This document shows, in pieces, positions 20,690-31,323 of a DNA stretch of 64,000 nt. The DNA is from Calditrichales bacterium. Its GTDB lineage: Bacteria; Calditrichota; Calditrichia; Calditrichales; J004. The stretch spans positions 4,640,001 through 4,704,000 of the forward strand of contig OZ254086.1 in assembly GCA_965267575.1 (NCBI GenBank). The letters run 5' to 3'. Position numbers and translations under genes: made by a program. Numbering within the stretch: position 1 is the stretch's first letter; each line of letters opens with the position of its first letter. The notes under the pieces are model-generated. The model searched no databases. It had not been told where the DNA came from and saw only the letters and a list, made by a program, of their open reading frames with translations.

Positions 20690-21331
20690 ATGGCCTTAAA
20701 AGCGAAAGTTCCCCTGTTTCCGCTGGGCGTTGTGTTACTGCCGCACCGCCCGTTGCCTCTGCATATTTTCGAAGAAAAATACAAGGAAATGATTGCCCTG
20801 TGCCAGGCGCAAAACCTGCAGTTTGGTATAATTTGTTTTGACGGCAAAAGACTGCAGGGCGCAGGCTGTATGGCCAAAATAAGCGATGTGATCAAACGCT
20901 ATGAAGACGGGCGTCTTGATATACTTACGCACGGTACACGCCGTTTTTACCTTAAAAACATAGACCAGAGCAAACCCTACCTGCAGGGTGATGTCACTTT
21001 TTTTGACGACGTGATGGAACAGTTTGACGCCAAGGATATCAAGCTGGCGCAAAAAGGTATGAAGCTTCTGGAAGACATAAACAAGCTGACCGGCCGCAAG
21101 GAAAGCTGGCCCGAAGTTAGCCTTAAAACCATCGCTGACCTCTCCTTTGTCATCGCCGGCTGCGAAGGCTTTACCATCGGCGAGAAACAGCACTTCCTTG
21201 AAATGAAATCGGCCCGCGAGCGCCTGGAAAAAAGCGTAAAAGTGATGAAAAAAATCCACCAGCGCCTGCAGCTCAAAAAAGAGATCGCCGAAACCATCCA
21301 AAGCAACGGCCACCTGCCGGAGCTCCTTTAA
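20690..21331 (+). CDS. Stand-alone LON substrate-binding domain protein
   Basis: VPLFPLGVVLLP, LPLHIFEEKYKEMI, DGRLDI...G.RRF. Confidence 0.9.
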   Translation: MALKAKVPLFPLGVVLLPHRPLPLHIFEEKYKEMIALCQAQNLQFGIICFDGKRLQGAGCMAKISDVIKRYEDGRLDILTHGTRRFYLKNIDQSKPYLQGDVTFFDDVMEQFDAKDIKLAQKGMKLLEDINKLTGRKESWPEVSLKTIADLSFVIAGCEGFTIGEKQHFLEMKSARERLEKSVKVMKKIHQRLQLKKEIAETIQSNGHLPELL

Positions 21332-21355
21332 AAATTTAGATTTGGGAATTTAGAA

Positions 21356-21734
21356 TTAAGAATTACCCTGCAATTCGGACCTGATAGTTTTCCTGATGGT
21401 TCCTATCAGCTTCAAAAGCTCTTCACAATCTTTTAAAATTGATTCCGCTCTTTCCTTGTCTAAAAATCCTGAGTCGCGTAATAAGCGCAGCCAATAGTCA
21501 GTTTCCCGGGCCTCTTTATAGGCTATACCGATCTTCGAAAAAAAATCCTTCCTGGATTGTGCTCCAATTGCTTCTTCAATATTTGCTCCTATCGACGTCC
21601 CGCTTTTTAAGAATTGCCTGGATAAGACATACTCTTTTTGTTCATCAGCTAAGTATTTGTAAAGCTTAATGACGCGTAAAGCAAAATCATAGCTTTTATC
21701 ACGAACAGGATTTACTTTTAATAGATTTTTTCAT
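21356..21734 (-). pseudogene. Four-helix-bundle protein (TIGR02436 / 23S_rRNA_IVP-like); ATG one base out of frame
   Basis: Not in ORF track. Reads NPVRDKSYDFALRVIKLYKYL...LSRQFLKSGTSIGANIEEAIGAQSRKDFFSKIGIAYKEARETDYWLRLL; ATG-to-stop span is 379 nt (3n+1) with an A6 run after the ATG. Confidence 0.85.
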
Positions 21735-21764
21735 TCCCAATTCCCAATTCCCAATTCCCAATTC
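21733..21764 (+). repeat. 7-bp tandem repeat (ATTCCCA)x4
   Basis: Read directly; degenerate inverse array at 21333-21364. Confidence 0.9.
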
Positions 21765-22994
21765 TTAGGCTTTTTCCACCAATACCAGCGTTATATCGTC
21801 CGAGGCGGGGCTGTCGCCTGTGAAGGCGTGGATGTCGTCCAGCAGGGTTTGCAGGGAGGAATCGGGGTCTGCCATGTGGTTTTGCAATCGGCTCATTTCG
21901 TATTCTTCATAGGCCGCGTTCATCGCTTCATTTACACCGTCGGAGAAAAGCAGCAGACGTTCCCCGTGCTCCAGCGGCACTGTCTGTTCTGGATAATTAT
22001 CATCCTGAAAACCAAGGGGAAGGCCGGATTTCATCTTCAGGAAGCGGGCGCTATTGCCATCCATAAACAGAGGAGGCAGATGTCCGGCACTGGCATAGGT
22101 GAAGCTGTTTTTTGAGGGATCGATTACGCCGTAAATCATTGTTACGAAACGGGTCATGGGATAATCTTTTACGAGGACGCGATTGGCCTCTTTCAGTACT
22201 TCGCCGGGCGACATACCCCGCTCCGCGAAAATGCGAATAATACTGCGCGCCGATGTCATGAGCAGGGCACCGCCCATGCCTTTGCCGGCTACGTCCGCGA
22301 CTACAATAGCCAGCCGCCCGTCCTTCAGCGGAATGTAATCGAACCAGTCTCCGCCGACTTCATGGCAGGGCAGACACATGCCCTCGATGCGGAAACCGGG
22401 CAATCGCGGAGAGCGCACCGGGAACAGCGACGTCTGCATGCGCCGCGCCTCATCCAGATCGCGTGCCATGCGTTCTTTTTCCATCCGCTCGCGCTGAAAC
22501 AGCTGGGCGTTTTCGATGGCGATGGCGACGTGTCCGGCCAGCGTCTCGAGCAATTCTATGCGTTCGGGCGAAAATGCGTCCAGGTCCTGGTGTTGAAAAT
22601 TAAACACGCCAATCAGATGGTCACGCACCTTTAGCGGAATGTCCAGTTCAGAGCGTGTGGACTCGTCCGAGATCTCATAATAAGGATCTACCGATACATC
22701 CGGGGCATAATATGTTTCGCCCGTTTCCGCCACATGGCCGGTCATGCCGTATTCGCCAATCTTAAAGCGATCACCTTTGCTATGGAAATCGGCATTCCAG
22801 CCACGGGCTTCAGCAATCTCAAGCTCACGTGTTTTGCGATCGAGCAATAAAATGGCCGATCGTGAATAGCCAAAGGTGCGGGCCACGTCGCTGACCACCT
22901 CTTCCAGCAGCACATCCAGATCCAAAATGGAATTGATACGCTGAGCCACGCGCTGAAGCAAAAACAGTTCTTCTATTAAAATCTTTGTTGCCAT
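21765..22994 (-). CDS. GAF plus SpoIIE/RsbU PP2C-type phosphatase
   Basis: GAF (GHVAETG, SELDIPL, AIENAQLF), VGGDWFD, VADVAGKG, FSDGVNEA, SDDITL. Confidence 0.92.
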   Translation of the reverse strand: MATKILIEELFLLQRVAQRINSILDLDVLLEEVVSDVARTFGYSRSAILLLDRKTRELEIAEARGWNADFHSKGDRFKIGEYGMTGHVAETGETYYAPDVSVDPYYEISDESTRSELDIPLKVRDHLIGVFNFQHQDLDAFSPERIELLETLAGHVAIAIENAQLFQRERMEKERMARDLDEARRMQTSLFPVRSPRLPGFRIEGMCLPCHEVGGDWFDYIPLKDGRLAIVVADVAGKGMGGALLMTSARSIIRIFAERGMSPGEVLKEANRVLVKDYPMTRFVTMIYGVIDPSKNSFTYASAGHLPPLFMDGNSARFLKMKSGLPLGFQDDNYPEQTVPLEHGERLLLFSDGVNEAMNAAYEEYEMSRLQNHMADPDSSLQTLLDDIHAFTGDSPASDDITLVLVEKA

Positions 22995-23197
22995 TTCCTT
23001 CAATCAATCTTAAGAATTCGGAGTACAATGTCAGGCTGACTGTCGGATTTTACCGCACAGATATTAATTATCCAGCCCCAATTCCAAGTCCGTTTAAAGC
23101 TGCTAAATATAAAGGATTGGCAGGTTAAGAAATAATTTTTTTGGAAGATGAGAGCAGAAGAGAAAGGCGATTATGCCTTTCACATTTTTTTGCAAGG

Positions 23198-23225
23198 TGA
23201 GATTTCCAAGGGCAACGCGGACTCT
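23198..23225 (+). promoter_or_regulatory. TGAGA-N19-CTCT motif, candidate ECF promoter upstream of the large beta-helix gene
   Basis: TGAGA tttccaagggcaacgcgga CTCT; same spacing as three copies at the sigma/CHAT locus. Confidence 0.4.
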
Positions 23226-23336
23226 TATAACACATAAATGTGACGCGTATTACGGCAAAAAGCCTGCAAATACTTAAATCGTGCTATTCACAATTCCTCT
23301 CTCATTAAATACTTACCTAACCCCGCGAGGTGTGTT

Positions 23337-26300
23337 ATGAGACGTTTGTTCTTTTATACCGTTTTCTTGTTTTTGCCTTTCTCCTCTTCCTTATTCGCTC
23401 AACTCTCCGGTTCCTTTAGCGTTGGTTCCGGTGGAGATTACCCTACCTTTACGGCAGCTGTAAATGCTATTTCCAGCCAGGGCGTCAACGGAGCTGTTAC
23501 CTTCAATGTAATCAGCGGAAGCTATAACGAACAGATTCAGATACAATCTGTCAGCGGAACCAGTGCATCAAATACAATCACGTTTCAATCTCAGTCGGGC
23601 AACCCCGCCGATGTTGAGGTGGCGTTTTCCGCAACAACATCGGGAGATAACTTCCTGGTGAAACTTGATGGTACCTCATACATCACTTTCAGGAATATGA
23701 CTTTTACTGCTACAGGCAGCGCGTATGGAACCCTGTTCAATTTCAGCGGCACGCCGCATCATGTCACATTAGATAATAATATTATGAATGGATATAACCA
23801 GGGAAGCGGATCTTCCAATCATATCCTTATCTATTCAGGTAATAATGGAGCCCATAACATAACCATCAAAGATAATGTTTTTAATTACGGGTCTTATGGT
23901 ATATACCTTGTGGGTACAAACAATTCCAATCTCAGCAGTTCAAATATTATTCAGGGCAATACGTTTAACAACACTGTCTCTTACGGACTACAGGTGCTGT
24001 ATCAGGATGCCATAAAAATACACAATAATGTAATCAACACATCACCCACATATGGTATTTACCTGCAGTCCTGCCACAACGAAGTTGAGATTACCGCCAA
24101 CAGCATCCGCGGCACGTCTTACGGTTTATATTATTATGCTTCAGATGGTAACACGGCCCGCGGTCTTGTTGCTAACAATTTTATTTATAATACGGGAAAC
24201 AGCGGAAACGCGCTCTACATGTACAGTGTATCCAACCAGGATATTTATCATAACAGCGTTGTGCATCTTTATGGAAGCGTCAATACCTCGACACTTTACG
24301 CATATGCCGGCAGCGGAAGCAGTCTGCAAAACAATAACCTGATTCATAACAGCAGTGGTTACGCTATTGATATATATACGCCTGCTTCGATAAGCAGCGC
24401 CGATTACAACAACCTGTTTTCCACAGGCAATTACCTGGCCAAATGGGACAATACTGACCAGTATGACCTTGAAGATTACCGCAACGCGTCGGGCAAGGAA
24501 GTTCACTCGATTTCCGTCTACCCGAATTTTACGAACGTGTCATCGGACCTGCACTCATCCAGCCCCTGGCTGAATGCTATGGGAACCGCGCTAAACCGGG
24601 TGACGACCGACTTTGACGGAGAAACGCGCAACGGTTCCACGCCGGATATAGGAGCCGATGAGTTTACGCCCGCGGCCGGCACAACAACCCCGCTTGCTGG
24701 CACATATACGATTGGCGGAGCTGCGCCAGATTATGTCAATGTCGCCGAAGCGGTTGACGATCTGCTATTGAAAGGAATATCCGATTCCGTTTCCCTGGAA
24801 ATCCGCGATGGCAGCTATAACGTTAATCAGCTTTTATACACAATTCCCGGATCATCCGAAGAAAAACCGGTTGTCTTCCGGTCCGCTTCGGGTAACCGGG
24901 CAAACATAACGCTCTTCCATGAAGCAGCGGGTCAATCCGATAATTACGTTTTCTATCTCAAAGGCGCCGACTTCTATCGCTTCCACAATATGACCCTTTC
25001 CGCAAATACGGCCAACAATGCCAGTTATGCTACGGTGTTTAATCTCTTCGGCGGCGTGGACCACCTGCATGTTAAAGAGTGCGCAATAAACGGCTCAAAC
25101 ACGAGCCACACTAACGGTGCCCTATTCTACGCCTATCAATCCGTAGGCACCTACCGTCTGATCAAGGACAATCATTTTGATTCCGGTTCTTACGGGATTT
25201 ACCAATACGGCTATAACACAAACCAGCCCAACAGAGGCGCGATGATTATTGGTAATTCGTTCAGCAATCAGAATTCCTATGCCGGCTATTTTGTACATGA
25301 TTACGACCTGAAGCTGAGAAACAACAGCGTGAACACGTCGCCAAACTACGGCTTTTATCTGCAATCCTGCCATGAAGAGCTCGAGGTAACGGGAAACAGG
25401 GTACGCGGTACCAGCTATGGCATCTATCTCTACGCCAGCAATGGCGGGACCGGTCTTGAAACGGAGCGCGGGCTGATCGCCAACAATTTCATTTTTAACA
25501 CAGGGTCGGGCGGCTACGGATTTTATCTCTACAGCGTCACAAATCAGGATATTTACCACAACAATATTGTACATCTTTACGGTAACATAAATACCGCGGC
25601 CCTGTATGTATATGCCGGCAGCGGCATTAACCTGCAAAACAATAACATTATTCATAATGAATTGGGAGTAGCAGTAGATATCTACACCCCGGCATCTTTA
25701 AATATCTCCGATTATAACAATCTTTTCTCCAGTGGCTTAAACCTGGGCAAATGGAACAACAATGTCGAATATAATCTGGCAGACTACCAGGCGGCGTCGG
25801 GGAAAGAGGCGCACTCGGTTTCCTATTACCCGGCTTTTACAAATTTTTCTACGGATTTACACTCTGCCAGCCCCTGGCTCGATGGCGCAGGCGTGGCGCT
25901 TAGCCGCGTTATGACGGATATTGACGGGGAAGCGCGCAACGGCTCCACCCCCGATATCGGCGCGGATGAGTTTACGCCCGCAGGAGGCACAACAACGCCG
26001 CTGGCCGGAAGCTATACTATTGGCGGTAGCTCCCCGGATTATACCAGTGTGGCCGATGCGGTTGACGACTTGCTCATTAAGGGCGTTTCCGACTCGGTTT
26101 CCATGGAAATTCGCAACGGATCTTATGATGTCAGTCAAATGCTTTATACGATTCCCGGATCGGCGCCGGACAAGCCGGTCAGTTTCCGCTCGCAATCGGG
26201 GAATCCCGATGATGTGACGCTGTTTCATGAGGCGGCCGGGCAGTCTGATAATTATATCTTTTACTTAAAAGGAGCAGACTTTATACGTCTGCTGGATCTC

Positions 26301-28901
26301 ACTTTAGCTGCCAACAGCGCGGACAACGCCAGCTACGCAATCGTTGTTAACCTCTTTGGCGGCGTTGATCAATTTCACCTTGAAGGATGCCAGATCAATG
26401 GTTCCAGCAGCAGCAATACCAATGCTTCCCTGCTGTACGCTTACCAAACCTTGGGGCGCAGCCGGCTGATCAGAAATAACCAGTTTAATTTCGGGTCTTA
26501 CGGCATTTATCAGTATGGCTACAACAGCACACAACCCAACAGCGGCGCCATAATCGAAAACAACACCTTCAGCAATCAGCGTTCTTATGCGGGCTATTTT
26601 GTTCACGATTTCAACCTGAAGCTTGTCGGCAACAGTTTAACAACATCGCCAAACTATGGCTTTTATCTGCAATCCTGTGATGAAGAACTGGAGATCCGCA
26701 ACAACCATCTGCGCGGCACCAGCTACCCCTTGTATATCTACGCATGTACGGGTGGAACAGGAGCAGCCAAACAGAGGGGACTGATTGCGAATAATTTTAT
26801 TTTCAATACCAGTACAGGCGGTTATGGGCTTTATGTATACAGTGTAACTAATCAGGATATTTACCATAACAGTGTCCTGCATCTGTATGGCAACAGCAAT
26901 ACGTCGGCCATTTACCTTTACGCCGGAGACGGCATCAACATTCTCAATAATAATTTTGTCCATAACGCTTACGGCTATGCCATGGATATTTACACGCCCT
27001 CCGCGGTGGACAACGTTGATTATAACAATTTGTTTTCAACCGGTAATTACCTTGGCCGCTGGAATAATACTGCGCAATACAGCCTGGAAGACTATAAAAC
27101 GGCATCCGGCAAGGAGAGCCATTCCATATCTGTATATCCGCGGTTTGCCTCGCTTTCGGATGATCTGCATTCTGACAGCCCCTGGCTGGATGGCGCGGGA
27201 ACTCCATTAAGCCGTGTCGCGACTGATTTTGACGGCGAATTCCGAAACGAATCTACACCCGACATAGGAGCAGATGAATATACGCCTGCACCGGGCAGCA
27301 CGGTGCCTTTGGCCGGTACATATACAATCGGCGGTTCCGCACCGGATTACGCCGGTATCGACGACGCCATTGAAGATCTGCTGCTAAAGGGCGTTTCAGA
27401 TTCTGTTTTTATGGAAATCCGCGACGGCTCTTATAATATCAACGAAATGCTTTACACCGTTCCCGGCTCGGCCATGGACAAACCCGTTGTGTTCCGTTCC
27501 GAATCGGGCGACCCCGATAAGGTCGACTTGTGGCATGTGGCTACAGGGCAATCGGATAATTTTATATTTGATTTGCGCGGAGCCGATTATGTGCATTTCC
27601 GGGATTTAAGCCTTTCGGCCAATGTTGCTGATAACGCTTCTTACGCAACGGTATTTAACCTGTACGGCGGCGTGGACTATTTTCATCTGCAAGGGTGCAA
27701 AGTGAATGGCTCTTACAGCTCGGTAACAGGCGCCGCCCTGCTTTACGCTTACAATTCAGTGGGTACATACCGGATGATAAAAGACAATCAGTTCAACAAG
27801 GGCTCCTACGCGATCTATCAACATGGGGTTAATACGACGCAGCCCAACCGTGGGGCAATGATCATTGGTAACGAGCTAAATAACCAGCGCTCATACGGCG
27901 GATATATGATTCATGATTTTGATCTGAAGATAATGAATAACCGCGTTAGCGGGTCGCCGAACTACGGACTCTATTTGCAATCCTGCAACGACGAGCTGGA
28001 GATAAACGGAAATATCATTAAGGGCAGCACCTACGGGCTTTACCTGTATGCCTGTAACGGCGGCACGGGCCAGGCTGTTGAACGCGGACTCGTTGCCAAC
28101 AATTTTATTATCAACACGGGCGGTGGCGGAAGTGCTTTGTACACCTACAACTCTACTAATCTGGACATCTATCATAACAGCGCGCTTAACCTGACCGGCC
28201 ACGCCAACTCTTCCGCTTTTTACATATACGTTGGCACGGGCAATAACGTGGTCAATAATATTTTTATGCATAAGGGCGCGGGATTCGCCTATCAGGTGGG
28301 ATCTTCCACTGCCATCGGGCTCAGTGATTATAACGATTTATATACCTACGGTGATTACGTTGGATATTGGAATGGCAACCTGGCAACCCTGGCTGATTTC
28401 CGCAGTGCCGGCAACACGGACGCCAATTCCATCAGCACAAACCCGGGCTTTTTCTCCAACGATGACCTTCACGCCTACTCTGCCCTCGTTGACAGCGCCG
28501 GTATGCCGCTAAGCCGTGTTTTGTACGACATCGACGGTGACCTGCGCAGCGCGAGCCACCCGGACATCGGCGCCGATGAATTTGATTCCACCGGTGTTGT
28601 GTCTATCGATGATGATCTTTTGGCAAGGCGGATACCGAAGCAATTCCGCGTCTATGACAACTATCCCAATCCGTTTAATCCCGCCACAACCATCCGCTAC
28701 GATTTGCCGGAAGCAGCACACGTGCGCCTGCGTGTTTACAACATCCTGGGACAAGTGGTTGCCACATTGGTAGACAACCGGCAAAATGCCGGCGCATACC
28801 ACCACGTCTTTGATGCTTCGAAGCTGTCCAGCGGCTTATATTTTTACCGGCTGGAGGCAGGGAAAAACCAGGCAATAAGAAAGATGGTTTTGAGCAAGTA
28901 G
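23337..28901 (+). CDS. Large secreted protein with four ~436-aa parallel beta-helix modules and a C-terminal T9SS-type/FlgD-like sorting domain
   Basis: Signal peptide; modules begin LAG(T/S)YTIGG at 24693, 26001, 27309 (1308-nt period) and end PDIGADE; C-terminal NYPNPFNPATTIRYDLP...SGLYFYRL. Confidence 0.9.
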   Translation: MRRLFFYTVFLFLPFSSSLFAQLSGSFSVGSGGDYPTFTAAVNAISSQGVNGAVTFNVISGSYNEQIQIQSVSGTSASNTITFQSQSGNPADVEVAFSATTSGDNFLVKLDGTSYITFRNMTFTATGSAYGTLFNFSGTPHHVTLDNNIMNGYNQGSGSSNHILIYSGNNGAHNITIKDNVFNYGSYGIYLVGTNNSNLSSSNIIQGNTFNNTVSYGLQVLYQDAIKIHNNVINTSPTYGIYLQSCHNEVEITANSIRGTSYGLYYYASDGNTARGLVANNFIYNTGNSGNALYMYSVSNQDIYHNSVVHLYGSVNTSTLYAYAGSGSSLQNNNLIHNSSGYAIDIYTPASISSADYNNLFSTGNYLAKWDNTDQYDLEDYRNASGKEVHSISVYPNFTNVSSDLHSSSPWLNAMGTALNRVTTDFDGETRNGSTPDIGADEFTPAAGTTTPLAGTYTIGGAAPDYVNVAEAVDDLLLKGISDSVSLEIRDGSYNVNQLLYTIPGSSEEKPVVFRSASGNRANITLFHEAAGQSDNYVFYLKGADFYRFHNMTLSANTANNASYATVFNLFGGVDHLHVKECAINGSNTSHTNGALFYAYQSVGTYRLIKDNHFDSGSYGIYQYGYNTNQPNRGAMIIGNSFSNQNSYAGYFVHDYDLKLRNNSVNTSPNYGFYLQSCHEELEVTGNRVRGTSYGIYLYASNGGTGLETERGLIANNFIFNTGSGGYGFYLYSVTNQDIYHNNIVHLYGNINTAALYVYAGSGINLQNNNIIHNELGVAVDIYTPASLNISDYNNLFSSGLNLGKWNNNVEYNLADYQAASGKEAHSVSYYPAFTNFSTDLHSASPWLDGAGVALSRVMTDIDGEARNGSTPDIGADEFTPAGGTTTPLAGSYTIGGSSPDYTSVADAVDDLLIKGVSDSVSMEIRNGSYDVSQMLYTIPGSAPDKPVSFRSQSGNPDDVTLFHEAAGQSDNYIFYLKGADFIRLLDLTLAANSADNASYAIVVNLFGGVDQFHLEGCQINGSSSSNTNASLLYAYQTLGRSRLIRNNQFNFGSYGIYQYGYNSTQPNSGAIIENNTFSNQRSYAGYFVHDFNLKLVGNSLTTSPNYGFYLQSCDEELEIRNNHLRGTSYPLYIYACTGGTGAAKQRGLIANNFIFNTSTGGYGLYVYSVTNQDIYHNSVLHLYGNSNTSAIYLYAGDGINILNNNFVHNAYGYAMDIYTPSAVDNVDYNNLFSTGNYLGRWNNTAQYSLEDYKTASGKESHSISVYPRFASLSDDLHSDSPWLDGAGTPLSRVATDFDGEFRNESTPDIGADEYTPAPGSTVPLAGTYTIGGSAPDYAGIDDAIEDLLLKGVSDSVFMEIRDGSYNINEMLYTVPGSAMDKPVVFRSESGDPDKVDLWHVATGQSDNFIFDLRGADYVHFRDLSLSANVADNASYATVFNLYGGVDYFHLQGCKVNGSYSSVTGAALLYAYNSVGTYRMIKDNQFNKGSYAIYQHGVNTTQPNRGAMIIGNELNNQRSYGGYMIHDFDLKIMNNRVSGSPNYGLYLQSCNDELEINGNIIKGSTYGLYLYACNGGTGQAVERGLVANNFIINTGGGGSALYTYNSTNLDIYHNSALNLTGHANSSAFYIYVGTGNNVVNNIFMHKGAGFAYQVGSSTAIGLSDYNDLYTYGDYVGYWNGNLATLADFRSAGNTDANSISTNPGFFSNDDLHAYSALVDSAGMPLSRVLYDIDGDLRSASHPDIGADEFDSTGVVSIDDDLLARRIPKQFRVYDNYPNPFNPATTIRYDLPEAAHVRLRVYNILGQVVATLVDNRQNAGAYHHVFDASKLSSGLYFYRLEAGKNQAIRKMVLSK

Positions 28902-28918
28902 GTTTGGGTATGTTGATT

Positions 28919-28948
28919 AAAGGCCGGAGAATTTCTCCGGCCTTTTTT
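28919..28948 (+). terminator. Intrinsic terminator
   Basis: AAAGGCCGGAGA-ATT-TCTCCGGCCTTTTTT. Confidence 0.85.
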
Positions 28949-28993
28949 ATTTTTGGCCTTTATGTGTGAAAGCAGGCTTAAAGCAATTCCCGA

Positions 28994-29638
28994 TCAGCTC
29001 ATTTTCTCAATGCTTTCAGCTTTAGCGGGGGCGGGGCGACCAAGAGCTTCGACCAGTAAAATCCATTGCACGACCGTTACCGCTACGGCAATCTTGACCC
29101 AAATATTAAAGCCTGTGCCAACATAAAAGAAAAAAAAGGCAACCGGCAGCAGCAGTCCGGCAAGACCGATCACTTTCCAGTCAATTTCCTGCCAGCCGAA
29201 AACAGGGATGTCCCGAGATATGCGCATTTCCTGAATTACCAGCATTATGGAAAGGACTGAGAATAAAGCGACCGGAAAAAGAAGCCAGACAATCGAAAAG
29301 CTGATACCCCAGGTGCCAAAAGATATCATTGTATCGGTTTGCAGAATGCCGTAGACGCACAGGCCCGTGAGCAAAAGGTGCCAGATAACGAGCAGTGAAT
29401 GAAAAAGCGGACGGTATCTGCCGCGGCCTTCCAGGTAAAAGGCAAAAAGAGCAATTAGCACAATAAGGGGCGGAAGCCAAAACTCTCCCAGTGTACCCCT
29501 TCCCCCGAAGTCAAAAATCCTCCAGCTGGAAATCTCCGGTTTAAGCAGAATACGCATTGTGGAAGTCCAGAAAAAGGTGGTGGTCAACAATGTCCAGGTT
29601 AGGACAACAGCACGAAGAATATTTGGTTTTATTTTGAT
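28994..29638 (-). CDS. Hypothetical multi-pass membrane protein
   Basis: About six hydrophobic helices; AGGAGG is followed by an in-frame ATC at 29638, first near-canonical start is TTG 29590. Confidence 0.7.
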   Translation of the reverse strand: MKIKPNILRAVVLTWTLLTTTFFWTSTMRILLKPEISSWRIFDFGGRGTLGEFWLPPLIVLIALFAFYLEGRGRYRPLFHSLLVIWHLLLTGLCVYGILQTDTMISFGTWGISFSIVWLLFPVALFSVLSIMLVIQEMRISRDIPVFGWQEIDWKVIGLAGLLLPVAFFFFYVGTGFNIWVKIAVAVTVVQWILLVEALGRPAPAKAESIEKMS

Positions 29639-29694
29639 AGCACACCTCCTGTCGTAAAAGGTATTCGCTTATGCAGTATAACAATTTTTTTAGT

Positions 29695-30099
29695 TCAAAT
29701 GCTCCTATTAAGCCACTGCTCGTTTTGTATAACAATCCTATAGCCATCTTTGTCTTCAAAGGTTTTGCCTGCCTTGTCCCAATAGGGATTAAAGGATTCC
29801 ACGGCTTTAAAGCCGGCCTGCGTCATGGCTGCGCAGCGTTTGTGCCATTCCTTTTCATCCGGCAGGTAAAATACCAGCAGGTTATCTTTCGTGGGGGCGC
29901 GGCCCGCAACCTCACCTTTGCGGCGGGTAAACTCCAGGTGCCAGGGATGCGCTTTTGCCCCTAAAATTACACCGTCAAATCCGGCGTGATCGCGGAATTC
30001 AGACAGGCGTTCGAGCCCGAGTCCGTCCATGTACATACGCACTATTTCTTCCAGGTTGTCAGTGGGCCGTGCGATCCGGAGTATGCTGCTTGTTGTCAT
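29695..30099 (-). CDS. VOC/glyoxalase-family protein (YycE-like)
   Basis: LRIARPT, FRDHAGFDGVILG, WHLEFT, NPYWD...TFEDKDGYRIV. Confidence 0.88.
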   Translation of the reverse strand: MTTSSILRIARPTDNLEEIVRMYMDGLGLERLSEFRDHAGFDGVILGAKAHPWHLEFTRRKGEVAGRAPTKDNLLVFYLPDEKEWHKRCAAMTQAGFKAVESFNPYWDKAGKTFEDKDGYRIVIQNEQWLNRSI

Positions 30100-30205
30100 G
30101 ATGTGTTTGGGAATGTTTGTTGTAAGCGAAACAAAAAGTAATACAAAAGGCCGACAGAAGCGATAGCTTAGCCGCCGGCCTGTAAAAAATAGAGCGTTAA
30201 AACTG

Positions 30206-30703
30206 TTACTCTATACCCGCCCAGTCGCTCCAGCCGCTCACCTGGATGTGCCCGCTGTATTGGTCATAGATGACCGTTACTTCCACCGTGCGTTCATCGC
30301 TGCCCCAATGGGTGATGGTCGGTTCCAGACCGGAATAATTCTGCTGGGTATGCAGCATCAACTCCGTGCCGTCGCCGTTTTCCACCCCGAGACGGTAAAC
30401 GCAGTAGGCTTTATTGGGGATATCCAGGTCAAAAAAAGCGTGCGCGCCGGGCGCCAGCTTCTGGCCCGATTCAAAGATATCCTCACCCCACGAGCCGCTG
30501 GGCGCGGGATCATCGGCCGGACCCATGTGTTGAAGCTGTACGCTGGTGATGGTGTACTGCGACGACGGGCTGTTTATAAATTTGACATGCAGCGATTCCT
30601 CCTTGTCGTTGCTGTCGGTGATGCTGCTGCAGCCAAAAGCGGCCAACAGGGCGGCTAATAAGAAAAAATTCACAAATCCTTCTATACGCTTAGTCTGTTT
30701 CAT
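30206..30703 (-). CDS. Hypothetical lipoprotein
   Basis: Lipobox AFGC, beta-rich mature region. Confidence 0.75.
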   Translation of the reverse strand: MKQTKRIEGFVNFFLLAALLAAFGCSSITDSNDKEESLHVKFINSPSSQYTITSVQLQHMGPADDPAPSGSWGEDIFESGQKLAPGAHAFFDLDIPNKAYCVYRLGVENGDGTELMLHTQQNYSGLEPTITHWGSDERTVEVTVIYDQYSGHIQVSGWSDWAGIE

Positions 30704-30842
30704 GCTTTTCCCCTTGTGTGTGAAGTTAAAGCGTTTTTGTTTGTGCCGCCTAATTATCGTATAGTTTTGAGAATAAGATAAGAAGAAGAAAGGAAATGTG
30801 CGCTTTCAGGATAATGAGCCTTGTGGATGCAGTTGTCATTTT

Positions 30843-31304
30843 CTAATAGCCATATACTTCAACTGCATTAAATTTGCCCACTGTATGAATCAAGTCCTCC
30901 GGGCAATTGGAGCACTTTGAAGACGCATCAAAAACCACAATATCGAATTCACCAACTATGTGTCCGCTTAATGGATGCTCTATACTTAATACGCCTTCTT
31001 TTGGAGAGTAACGTTTTCCATTGATCATCATATCAAAAGTAATTCCATTATAGGAAGACATCGAAAACGTACCCTGGCTGAATTTTCTGCTCTCAATTTC
31101 AATATTTGTGGAATCATCAAAAGAGAGAATAATTAAGTGATGAATAATATCACCGCGTTGTACCGGGTAGATATACGCAGTCCCATCATATGCTGTACTA
31201 TCTATCATTACTGATGCTGACACATGTTCATAGTAATCATCAACTACCGACGTGTCACAGGCTGTCAATAGAATCCAAATGAAAAGGAAAATAAATCTTA
31301 CCAT
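30843..31304 (-). CDS. Hypothetical lipoprotein, likely integron cassette gene
   Basis: Lipobox LTAC; AT-rich; ATG about 20 nt after the GTTAGAC R' box of the attC. Confidence 0.7.
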   Translation of the reverse strand: MVRFIFLFIWILLTACDTSVVDDYYEHVSASVMIDSTAYDGTAYIYPVQRGDIIHHLIILSFDDSTNIEIESRKFSQGTFSMSSYNGITFDMMINGKRYSPKEGVLSIEHPLSGHIVGEFDIVVFDASSKCSNCPEDLIHTVGKFNAVEVYGY

Positions 31305-31323
31305 TTTTTGGCCTACTTCATCA

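Noticed and set aside
21439..21669. 76-aa plus-strand ORF
   Set aside because: Antisense shadow of the four-helix-bundle frame
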